Both the position numbers and the translations under genes were made by a program. From Verrucomicrobiaceae bacterium (GTDB lineage Bacteria > Verrucomicrobiota > Verrucomicrobiia > Verrucomicrobiales > Akkermansiaceae): 33,146 bases of DNA. The notes below the pieces were generated by a model. The model ran no database searches. It was not told the DNA's origin and saw only the letters and a program-made list of their open reading frames with translations. Below are positions 8,335 through 16,128 of the stretch, piece after piece (within the stretch, counting starts at the first letter, position 1; every line of letters begins with the position of its first letter). The stretch is taken from assembly GCA_051252135.1 (NCBI GenBank), contig JBPOGH010000028.1:1-33146 (forward strand), read 5' to 3'.

Positions 8335-9321
8335 ATGTCCACTGCCGTCACGATCGCGGGAACCGGAAGCTACCTTCCCGAGAAGGTGCTCACCAACGAA
8401 GAGCTTTCAAAATCCGTTGATACCTCGGACGAATGGATCGTCACCCGCACCGGAATCAAGGAACGCCGCATCGCCGCCGAAGGCGAGTTCACTTCCCACC
8501 TCGCCACCAAGGCCGCTGAAAAGGCCATGGAACAGGCCGGCATCAGCGCCGAAGAGATCGATCTCATCATCGTCGCCACCATCACCCCGGACACCCTCAC
8601 CCCCGCCACCGCCTGCTACGTGCAGCAAAATCTCGGCGCTCACAAAGCCGTCGCCTTCGACATCTCCGCCGCCTGCTCCGGATTCCTCTACGCCATGAAG
8701 CTCTCCAAGCGGCTCATCGAGTCCGGAGCCTTCCAAAACGCCCTCATCATCGGCGCCGAAAAACTCTCCGCCTTTGTCAACTGGGAGGACCGCACCACCT
8801 GCGTCCTCTTCGGCGATGGCGCCGGAGCCGCCGTCCTCCGCGCTGCCAAAGAAGGCGAAGGCAGCATCCTCTCTACCGATATCGGCACCGACGGTAAGCA
8901 AACCCACCTCCTTAACATCCCCGGAGGAGGCTCCGCCTGCCCGATCACCATCGATAACGCCAACGACCGCCTCGCCACCCTCGCGATGCTCGGAAAAGAA
9001 GTCTTCAAGCACGCCGTCACCCGGATGAAAAACTCCGCCAACGAGGTCATCGCCCGCGCCGGCCTCGCCCCGGAGGATATCGCCCTCGTCATCCCCCACC
9101 AGGCAAACCTCCGCATCATCGATGCCATCGCCGACCGCCTCGCCGTCCCGAACGACCGCGTCTTCGTCAATCTCCACAAATACGGCAACACCTCCGCCGC
9201 CGCCATCGCCATCGCCCTCGATGAAGCAAACCGCACCGGCAAGATCAAACGCGGCGATAAGATCGTCATGGTCGCCTTCGGAGCCGGCCTCACCTGGGCC
9301 GCCGCCGCCATCGAGTGGTAG
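8335..9321 (+). CDS. fabH: Beta-ketoacyl-ACP synthase III
   Basis: Start MSTAVTIAGTGSYLP; DTSDEWIVTRTGI, AACSGF (Cys), PHQAN (His), YGNTSAA (Asn), FGAGLTW. Confidence 0.97.
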   Translation: MSTAVTIAGTGSYLPEKVLTNEELSKSVDTSDEWIVTRTGIKERRIAAEGEFTSHLATKAAEKAMEQAGISAEEIDLIIVATITPDTLTPATACYVQQNLGAHKAVAFDISAACSGFLYAMKLSKRLIESGAFQNALIIGAEKLSAFVNWEDRTTCVLFGDGAGAAVLRAAKEGEGSILSTDIGTDGKQTHLLNIPGGGSACPITIDNANDRLATLAMLGKEVFKHAVTRMKNSANEVIARAGLAPEDIALVIPHQANLRIIDAIADRLAVPNDRVFVNLHKYGNTSAAAIAIALDEANRTGKIKRGDKIVMVAFGAGLTWAAAAIEW

Positions 9322-9384
9322 GAAAAGTCGAAGATTGACCGATCAGGCTCATCGGCAAGAGTAGGGAAATTCCATTCCCCTATT

Positions 9385-11235
9385 TTGAGCCAAGACTACC
9401 GCACGACTCCTTCCGACACCGCGGAGATGCCGAAAGGCATTCCCTACATCATCGCCAACGAGGCCGCCGAGCGATTCTCCTTCTACGGCATGAAGGCGAT
9501 CCTCTCCATCTTCATGGTCCAGTATCTCTGGCTCATGGGAGACGCACCCACCGAGCAAATGTCGGAGGTCGTCGCCAGCGAGAATTACCACAAGTTCAAC
9601 AAATGGGTCTACGCCACCCCCTTCTTCGGCGCCCTCCTCGCCGATATCTTCTTTGGAAAATACCGCGTCATCATGTGGCTCAGCATCGTCTACTGCGTCG
9701 GTCACGCCTGCCTCGCCCTCATGGGCATCTCCGGCTCCGCTGGATGGTGGCTCTTCGCCGGCCTCGCCTTCATCTGCCTCGGCTCCGGCGGCATCAAACC
9801 CTGCGTCTCCGCCCACGTCGGTGATCAATTCGGCCCCAACAACCAGAACCTCCTCACCAAGGTCTTCAATTGGTTCTACTTTTCCATCAATCTCGGAGCC
9901 TTCATTTCCATGCTCGCCACCCCGTGGTTCCTCGAATGGTACGGCCCCCACGTCGCCTTCGGCGTCCCCGGAATCCTCATGGCCCTCGCCACCTTCTGCT
10001 TCTGGCTCGGTCGAAACAAATTCATCCACATCCAACCCAAGCCGAAGGAATTCAAACGGGAAATCTTCAGCAAAGAAGGCATCGGCGTCATCTTGCGCCT
10101 CCTCCCCCTCTATTTCTTCGTCGCCTTCTTCTGGGCCCTCTTCGACCAGACCGGCTCCTCGTGGATCTTCCAGTCGCAGGACATGGACCGCCACCTCATC
10201 ATCGATTGGCTCCCCTCCCAAATCCAATCAATCAACTCCGTCCTCATCCTCACTCTCGTCCCCCTCTTCACCTTCGTCATCTACCCTGCCCTCGGCAAGG
10301 TCATCAAGCTCACCCCACTCCGCAAGATCGGCACCGGACTCTTCATCACCGTCCTCTCCTTCGCCGTCATCGCTCTCATTCAAGTCTCCATCTCAAAGGG
10401 CGCCACCCCTAACATCGGCTGGCAGTTCCTCGCCTACCTCATCCTCACTTGCGCCGAGATCATGGTCTCCATCGTGTGCCTGGAATATTCCTACACCCAG
10501 GCACCACGAAATCTCAAATCCTTCATCATGGCGATCTTCCTCCTCTCCGTTTCCTTCGGAAATCAGATCACCGAGTTCGTCAACTCCTTCATTCAGGTCG
10601 ACGACCCCATCGTCGCCTTTGCCAAGAATCTCCCCGACGGCGAACACTCCCACCCCGGGTTCGATCAGGAAGTCGGCACTCCCGATGACATCATCATCAC
10701 CCGCAGCGAAGGCAAGACCTCCAAGCGACAGCTCCCGAACCAGGAAACCTTGGACCGCGCCGCCGACATCATCACCCTTTGGGCAAATAACAACGACCTC
10801 ACCCTCCCCACCACCGCCCAAGCGCCCACCCTCCTTTCCGGGCTGAAGGACCAATGGGGATCGGACATCACCTACACCCGACTCGCCAGCCGCACCGCCC
10901 GCATCTCCAGCCCCGGCCCCGATAAGGAAGCGGGAACCAAATGGGACATCGGCTACATCATGGAAGCCCCTGATAAAACCATCCCCGCAGGCGACGAACC
11001 CACCAAAAAAACCTGGCTCGAAAAACGGAAGGAACAACTCGGTATCATCGACAAAGTCAAAGCCTCCGATTCCCCCATTTCAAAATCCGCCTACACCGGT
11101 GGACAGCCCAAGCTCGAGGGCCCCGCCTACTACTGGTTCTTCACCGGACTCATGCTGGCCGCCGCCCTCCTCTTTGTCCCCTACGCCATCTACGCCAAAG
11201 AACGCTGCTACCTCCAAAAACCCGCCACAAAATAA
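9385..11235 (+). CDS. POT/PTR (SLC15-like) proton-dependent oligopeptide transporter with a large loop insertion
   Basis: ExxERFSFYG, GSGGIKPCVSAHVGDQF, FYFSINLG, LFDQTGSSW, EYSYTQAP; TTG start (alternative ATG at 9427). Confidence 0.93.
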   Translation: MSQDYRTTPSDTAEMPKGIPYIIANEAAERFSFYGMKAILSIFMVQYLWLMGDAPTEQMSEVVASENYHKFNKWVYATPFFGALLADIFFGKYRVIMWLSIVYCVGHACLALMGISGSAGWWLFAGLAFICLGSGGIKPCVSAHVGDQFGPNNQNLLTKVFNWFYFSINLGAFISMLATPWFLEWYGPHVAFGVPGILMALATFCFWLGRNKFIHIQPKPKEFKREIFSKEGIGVILRLLPLYFFVAFFWALFDQTGSSWIFQSQDMDRHLIIDWLPSQIQSINSVLILTLVPLFTFVIYPALGKVIKLTPLRKIGTGLFITVLSFAVIALIQVSISKGATPNIGWQFLAYLILTCAEIMVSIVCLEYSYTQAPRNLKSFIMAIFLLSVSFGNQITEFVNSFIQVDDPIVAFAKNLPDGEHSHPGFDQEVGTPDDIIITRSEGKTSKRQLPNQETLDRAADIITLWANNNDLTLPTTAQAPTLLSGLKDQWGSDITYTRLASRTARISSPGPDKEAGTKWDIGYIMEAPDKTIPAGDEPTKKTWLEKRKEQLGIIDKVKASDSPISKSAYTGGQPKLEGPAYYWFFTGLMLAAALLFVPYAIYAKERCYLQKPATK

Positions 11236-11597
11236 TGTTCAAAGGCTCAAAAAAGGACTCCGAAATCCGCGGTGCCCAATCGGAAATCGGTCGCGCCAAA
11301 AGCGCCGCCGAGCGCGCCAGTGATGAAGTCAAAGGACTCCAACGACAGGTCGACCACCTCACCCTCGTCTGCCAGTCCATGTGGGAACTCCTTCGCGAAA
11401 AAAACGACCTCTCCGATGGCATCCTCCGCGCAAAAATCGCCGACGTCGACACCCGCGATGGCAAAGCCGACGGCAAAATCCATCCCCAGATCTTCCCCTG
11501 CCCCAAGTGCAGCGCCAACTGCAACACCACCCGACAGACTTGCGCCATGTGCGGAGAAGACCTAAAGGCCTGCAAGCCCCACATCTTCGAAGCATGA
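11235..11597 (+). CDS. Hypothetical coiled-coil protein with a C-terminal zinc ribbon
   Basis: CPKC...CAMCG; start overlaps the upstream stop (TAATG) and stop overlaps the tatD start (ATGA). Confidence 0.8.
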   Translation: MFKGSKKDSEIRGAQSEIGRAKSAAERASDEVKGLQRQVDHLTLVCQSMWELLREKNDLSDGILRAKIADVDTRDGKADGKIHPQIFPCPKCSANCNTTRQTCAMCGEDLKACKPHIFEA

Positions 11598-12394
11598 TCA
11601 CCGATTCCCACTGTCACCTCGGCTCCCATAAATTCTCCCCCGAAGAAATCCCCCAAATCATCGCCAACGCCCGGGACCTCGGCGTCACCCGCATGATCAC
11701 CCTCGCCACCTGCGAGGAAGACCTTGAGCGCAACCTCCGGCTCGCCAACACCCACCCCGGGGTCCACGCCTGCATCGGCATCCACCCCTGCGATGTCCAC
11801 GAAGCTCCCGACGACTTCGAATCCCTCCTCACCCCCCACTTCTCCAATCCAAACGTCGCCGCCCTCGGTGAAACCGGCCTCGACTACTTCCACCCCGCTC
11901 CCGATGGCTGGACCGACGAAGACTACCACGCCCGTCAGCGCGACTTCCTCCGCCGCCATTTCCAACTCGGGAAAGACCACGGCCTCAATCTCGTCATCCA
12001 CACCCGCGACCGCTCCGGCTCCGCAAGCTTCGATGACGCCCTCGCCATCTACCGCGAATTCCATCAGGACGTCCGCGCCGTCTTCCACTGCTTCCCCGGC
12101 CCCCTCGAACAAGCCCAACAAGTCTTCGCTCTCGAAGGCCTCATCTCCTTCACCGGCATCGTCACCTTCAAGAACGCCGCCCAAGTCGCCGACACCGCCT
12201 CCCATTGCCCATCCGGCTCCTTCATGCTCGAGACCGACGCCCCCTACCTCTCCCCCGTCCCCCATCGCGGCCAACGCTGTGAACCCGGATTCACCAGATT
12301 CACCGCTGAATGCATCGCAAATCTTCGAAAAATCACCCTCGAAGACCTCGCCGCCGAAACCGAAAATACAGTCTGCTGCTTTTTTCGCATTTAA
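11594..12394 (+). CDS. tatD: TatD-family hydrolase/DNase
   Basis: DSHCHL, GIHP, GETGLDY, IHTRD, FHCF, ETDAPYL. Confidence 0.95.
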   Translation: MITDSHCHLGSHKFSPEEIPQIIANARDLGVTRMITLATCEEDLERNLRLANTHPGVHACIGIHPCDVHEAPDDFESLLTPHFSNPNVAALGETGLDYFHPAPDGWTDEDYHARQRDFLRRHFQLGKDHGLNLVIHTRDRSGSASFDDALAIYREFHQDVRAVFHCFPGPLEQAQQVFALEGLISFTGIVTFKNAAQVADTASHCPSGSFMLETDAPYLSPVPHRGQRCEPGFTRFTAECIANLRKITLEDLAAETENTVCCFFRI

Positions 12395-12462
12395 AAAAAA
12401 CAAAGCCCCTCTCCCCCTCCGCTTCCCCCATGAGCCCCGCTCATCAACCTCTGAAATATTAT

Positions 12463-12490
12463 TTCACAAATCCGAAATATAGCGTAGAAT
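12463..12490 (+). promoter_or_regulatory. Sigma70 promoter, probably leaderless, overlapped by a palindrome
   Basis: TTCACA-N16-TAGAAT-N6-ATG; palindrome TGAAATATTATTTCA at 12452-12466 overlaps the -35. Confidence 0.5.
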
Positions 12491-12496
12491 CCCCCC

Positions 12497-12904
12497 ATGA
12501 AAGCAACAACTCTCATTCTTTTACCTCTTGGCTTCCTGGTCTCCTGCACCCAGTTCACCAGCCCGCCTCCCGCAGCACCACCAGCCGCCCCCGCCATGGC
12601 AAACCCCTATGGTGTTCCTGGCGTAGACCCCTATCAGGCTCCTGATGCCGGCGCATACACTCCGGAAGCCAGCGCCCCTTATCAACCAATCAATCCACCT
12701 GCTGCCGCCGCTCCTTACGCTCCGGCACCCGCACCCTTCGCACCCACCCCCTCCAGTGGAGCCACTCATACCGTCGTGAAAGGTGACTCTCTCTGGGGAA
12801 TCTCGCGCCAGTATCACGTCAGCATCGATGACCTCCGCCAGGCCAACAACATCCAGGGCGATACCATCATTCTCGGTTCCACCCTCAACATCCCCGCACG
12901 ATAG
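12497..12904 (+). CDS. LysM peptidoglycan-binding lipoprotein
   Basis: Lipobox LVSC, Pro/Ala linker, LysM HTVVKGDSLWGISRQY...LRQANNI...LNIP. Confidence 0.93.
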   Translation: MKATTLILLPLGFLVSCTQFTSPPPAAPPAAPAMANPYGVPGVDPYQAPDAGAYTPEASAPYQPINPPAAAAPYAPAPAPFAPTPSSGATHTVVKGDSLWGISRQYHVSIDDLRQANNIQGDTIILGSTLNIPAR

Positions 12905-12931
12905 CATTCCACCAGCCTTGAAATCTGTTAC

Positions 12932-12964
12932 AAACGGGTTCGACTTCGGTCGACCCGTTTTTTT
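12932..12964 (+). terminator. Intrinsic terminator with a cUUCGg tetraloop
   Basis: AAACGGGT(T)CGAC-TTCG-GTCGACCCGTTT then TTTT. Confidence 0.85.
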
Positions 12965-12967
12965 GTC

Positions 12968-13921
12968 ATGAAAACCATCCTCGCCCTCTTCCTCTCGAGC
13001 CTCCTCCTTTCCGCCCAGGAAATCCCGGACAGACAAGCCCTCATCGAAAACCTCTTCGAACAACGCGAACCACAAGCCTTCGCCAAAGCACTCATCGAGG
13101 CCACAAAAGGAGGCGTCCCACCGCAGGCCCTCCTCGAAGCCCGCTTTGTCTTCACCGTCGATACCGGTGATCGAAGCGCCCTCGCCGCCCTCGCACCCGT
13201 CCTCAAGGAACAGGTCAAACGCTTCTCCATCGACGACTCGGTCATCTTCTCCGTGCCCGAGGACTTCCTCGCCGTTGTCGAATACACCGCTGCCATCGCA
13301 GCCCTCGAATCCAGCGATCAGGTAGCATTCAAAAAACACATTCTCGAAGCCTTCTGGCTCTCACCCGCCCAAGCTCCCGAATTTGGAAAATTGATCGATG
13401 AAGTCCGACTCAACAATGCAATGGCAGCATTAAAAATCGACCTCACCCGCCGCCTCGCCATCCAAACATCTGACGCACAATCCAAACCGCTCATCGAAAT
13501 CTTCGGAGACTCGCAGATCGCCGTCCTTCACTTCTGGTCACCCTGGGCCCGGGAATCATCCGAAAGCATGGACGATTTTTTTCTCACCGCCAAAGAGCTG
13601 GAAAAAAACAAAATACCCACCGCTTCCATTCTCCTCTCGGGATCACCCGACTCACTTGCCGATGCCAACACCTTCGTTAAAGAAAACAAGGGCAAGACCA
13701 ACGCTCTCTGGTTGGTGGACTCACCCGTAAAATCCTTGGGCAGCATCTTTCGTATTCAAGCATTCCCCACCGTTGTCCTTCTAACAAAGGAAGGAAAGGT
13801 CCACTTCAACGGCCATCCCGCCGACCCCACTTTCTGGTCAAAATTGAAAGCTATCGTACCTGCCGTCAGGCGTCCCGATGCTCCGCTTGAAGTGCGCGAT
13901 CCCCTCTCCGAAGGCCCCTAG
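12968..13921 (+). CDS. Exported protein with a C-terminal TlpA/thioredoxin-like domain lacking cysteines
   Basis: Signal peptide; VLHFWSPWARES where FWAxWCxxC is expected; cis-Pro motif AFPTVVLL..EGKV. Confidence 0.8.
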   Translation: MKTILALFLSSLLLSAQEIPDRQALIENLFEQREPQAFAKALIEATKGGVPPQALLEARFVFTVDTGDRSALAALAPVLKEQVKRFSIDDSVIFSVPEDFLAVVEYTAAIAALESSDQVAFKKHILEAFWLSPAQAPEFGKLIDEVRLNNAMAALKIDLTRRLAIQTSDAQSKPLIEIFGDSQIAVLHFWSPWARESSESMDDFFLTAKELEKNKIPTASILLSGSPDSLADANTFVKENKGKTNALWLVDSPVKSLGSIFRIQAFPTVVLLTKEGKVHFNGHPADPTFWSKLKAIVPAVRRPDAPLEVRDPLSEGP

Positions 13922-14026
13922 TTTCGGCATACCAAAGGCCTGCCGCCAGTTTGCTAAGGAAACTTTAACCTTGATCTTTCCCGAAATAGCGGTCTTTCTA
14001 GGAGTATCAACTCTTTGTAATCGATC

Positions 14027-14836
14027 GTGCCAGCCCCTCCTACACCCACACCACAGGAACTTCAGGTCCTCTCTGTCCTTTGGAACGAGGGACCTAGTAC
14101 GGTCAATTTCGTACATGATACGCTCTACGGTGACACCCTGAGCTACACCACCTCCCTCGCGGTTCTTCGCAACCTCGAGAAGAAAGGACTCGCCTCCCGA
14201 CATAAGGAAGGCCGCGCTCATGTTTACGAAGCCGCAATTTCCCGGGACATCGTCTTGAAACCAAGACTGAAAGAACTCGTACAATATGCTTTCGGAGGCA
14301 GCCTCGGTGAGGCTATGCTCTCCTTGATCTCAATCGGTGTCATGACACCGGAAGAGAAGTCCGCACTAACGCGGGCTCTTAAACAGCACAAAGCCATGGC
14401 TGCCAAAAAGAAGACCACCAAAAAGAAAGCGGCAAGTAAGCCCGCAAAGAAGACCGTGAAGAAGGTTGCCAAAAAGGCAGCCAAGAAGACGGCAAGCAAG
14501 CCAGCCAAAAAGGCGGCTAAGAAGAAAGTAGCTAAGAAAGCGGCTAAGAAGCCTGCCAAAAAAGCTGCCAAGAAAAAGGTAGCCAAAAAGGCTGCTAAGA
14601 AGCCTGCCAAGAAAGCCGCCAAGAAAAAGGTAGCCAAAAAGGCAGCTAAGAAAAAGGTAGCTAAAAAAGCCGCCAAAAAGAAGGTTGCCAAAAAGCCTGC
14701 TAAAAAAGCTGCCAAGAAAAAGGTAGCCAAGAAAGCACCTGCCAAGGCCGCCAAAAAACCCGCCAAAAAGGCTGCCAAGAAAAAGGTAGCTAAAAAAGCC
14801 GCCAAAAAGAAGGCAGCCAAAGGCAAGAAGAAGTAG
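14027..14836 (+). CDS. BlaI/MecI/CopY-family transcriptional regulator fused to a histone-H1-like Lys/Ala-rich tail
   Basis: GTG start; PTPQELQVLSVLW..GPSTV, SYTTSLAVLRNLEKKG, EGRAHVYEA, FGGS; then ~146 aa of KKPAKKAAKKKVA repeats. Confidence 0.88.
   Translation: MPAPPTPTPQELQVLSVLWNEGPSTVNFVHDTLYGDTLSYTTSLAVLRNLEKKGLASRHKEGRAHVYEAAISRDIVLKPRLKELVQYAFGGSLGEAMLSLISIGVMTPEEKSALTRALKQHKAMAAKKKTTKKKAASKPAKKTVKKVAKKAAKKTASKPAKKAAKKKVAKKAAKKPAKKAAKKKVAKKAAKKPAKKAAKKKVAKKAAKKKVAKKAAKKKVAKKPAKKAAKKKVAKKAPAKAAKKPAKKAAKKKVAKKAAKKKAAKGKKK
14396..14833 (+). repeat. Degenerate protein-level repeats (KKPAKKAAKKKVAKKAA)
   Basis: Repeating Lys/Ala/Pro/Val units with synonymous divergence between DNA copies. 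Confidence 0.85.
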
Positions 14837-14883
14837 ATGACGTCCCTGCCTTTGGCAGAGATCGACTTTAACAACTATTTTTC

Positions 14884-14914
14884 AAGGGACACTCTCCGGA
14901 GTGTCCCTTTTCTT
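14884..14914 (+). terminator. Intrinsic terminator
   Basis: AAGGGACACTC-TCCG-GAGTGTCCCTT then TTCTT. Confidence 0.85.
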
Positions 14915-14936
14915 ATCCCCCCCTTCCGGGACTCTC

Positions 14937-16058
14937 CTACCACTCGGTCGTCAACTCATACTTCCGGGCAAGCTCCAGCAGATCACTCCGCATCGGCCAC
15001 TCGTCGGGACGCTCACACGGCCCCTCGTGCCGCTTGCTGGCCCCCTTGAGCATCATGCACCCGGTATTATCGCCAAGCGCACGAATGGTCTCAACCTCCT
15101 CCGCCGAAAACTTGAAATCCTCCGGCAGCGCCGCGTAATCGCGAATCTTGTCTTCGATCGGAACCGCATTCTCTCCTGCCTCCTGAATCACCGTCGGCAC
15201 CACACACTTCACCGGCTCCTGGGACAAATTCCAGGCCGAGGCAAACTGAATCATGCTCAGACCATGCTTGGCCGCAATCTCCCTCATCGGTGCCATCCGC
15301 TCACTTCCGTGCTCAATCCACCCTTCCGGCCGATAACTTCGGTGATCTCCCGGCCGGAACTCATGTCCCGGCTTCATGTCGCCATGAAAGAGCCCGCCGT
15401 AATCCACCACTCGCGTAAGCACATCCACCCCATTTGCCTTTGCCGAAGCCAGCACATGCTGACCGGGCCATGGCTCGAGGGGATTTAAAATGATCATCGC
15501 CCAGTCAAGGACCTCCCCGAAATTTTCAAAAACATGGAGCAGATCGAGCGTGAACCCGTTCGCCGGCCCCGGCGCAATTCCCAAACGTCCGGACAATCCC
15601 TCTTCCTTGAGCGCGCTCATCCCCTTCCACACATCCTCACTCATGTAACCCGTCTCATCGGGATTATGCAGCATCACCAAATCAAAATGATCCGTCCCGC
15701 AATCCTTGAGCGAACTCTCCGTCGCCTTGCGCAGGAAATCACGGTAACCCGCAGCGGTTCTTAGCTCGGGATTCGTAAACCTCGGATATCCCATGCTTCC
15801 CTGCCGCTCTCCTTCAAAGAAATCATGCCCGATCATCCCGACCAAACAGTAACTGTCTCTCGGATAATCCACCAAAGCCTCGCCCAATGCCCGATCCGCC
15901 CTCCCCTGCCCGTATACGTCAGCAGTCACAAAGGTCCGGATCCCCGCGTCATAGGCCACCCGGATGCAATCACGATAGCGATCTTCGTCAAGCACCTCGC
16001 CAAAATGCATATAGCGTCCACCACTCCAGGTCCCGTATGCGGTTCGTGTCAGATTCAT
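14937..16058 (-). CDS. Aldo/keto reductase-fold protein with an atypical catalytic tetrad
   Basis: Start MNLTRTAYGTW; FVTADVYG.G, SLKDCGTDHFDLVMLHNP, LKEEGL..LGI. Confidence 0.88.
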   Translation of the reverse strand: MNLTRTAYGTWSGGRYMHFGEVLDEDRYRDCIRVAYDAGIRTFVTADVYGQGRADRALGEALVDYPRDSYCLVGMIGHDFFEGERQGSMGYPRFTNPELRTAAGYRDFLRKATESSLKDCGTDHFDLVMLHNPDETGYMSEDVWKGMSALKEEGLSGRLGIAPGPANGFTLDLLHVFENFGEVLDWAMIILNPLEPWPGQHVLASAKANGVDVLTRVVDYGGLFHGDMKPGHEFRPGDHRSYRPEGWIEHGSERMAPMREIAAKHGLSMIQFASAWNLSQEPVKCVVPTVIQEAGENAVPIEDKIRDYAALPEDFKFSAEEVETIRALGDNTGCMMLKGASKRHEGPCERPDEWPMRSDLLELARKYELTTEW

Positions 16059-16128
16059 GCCCTGAATAAGCGGCAGGCCGGACAAATTTTCAAGAGAAAC
16101 GAACAACCGACTTTCTCCTCCCCGCTTC

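Noticed and set aside
9653..10846. 397-aa Ser/Pro-rich ORF and similar alternative-frame ORFs (e.g. 5372-6457, 11150-12403, 22945-23922, 25253-26269)
   Set aside because: Off-frame or antisense readings of well-supported genes.
13990..14026. BlaI/CopY operator (TACA-NN-TGTA) upstream of the BlaI fusion
   Set aside because: Only one TGTA half-site is present; no palindrome.
14396..14833. Repetitive DNA resembling an array
   Set aside because: Repeats are codon-level with synonymous variation and no unique spacers; not CRISPR.
14224..14874. Minus-strand FLAAFLATFF repeat ORF that looks like a membrane protein
   Set aside because: It is the reverse complement of the Lys/Ala codons of the histone-like tail.
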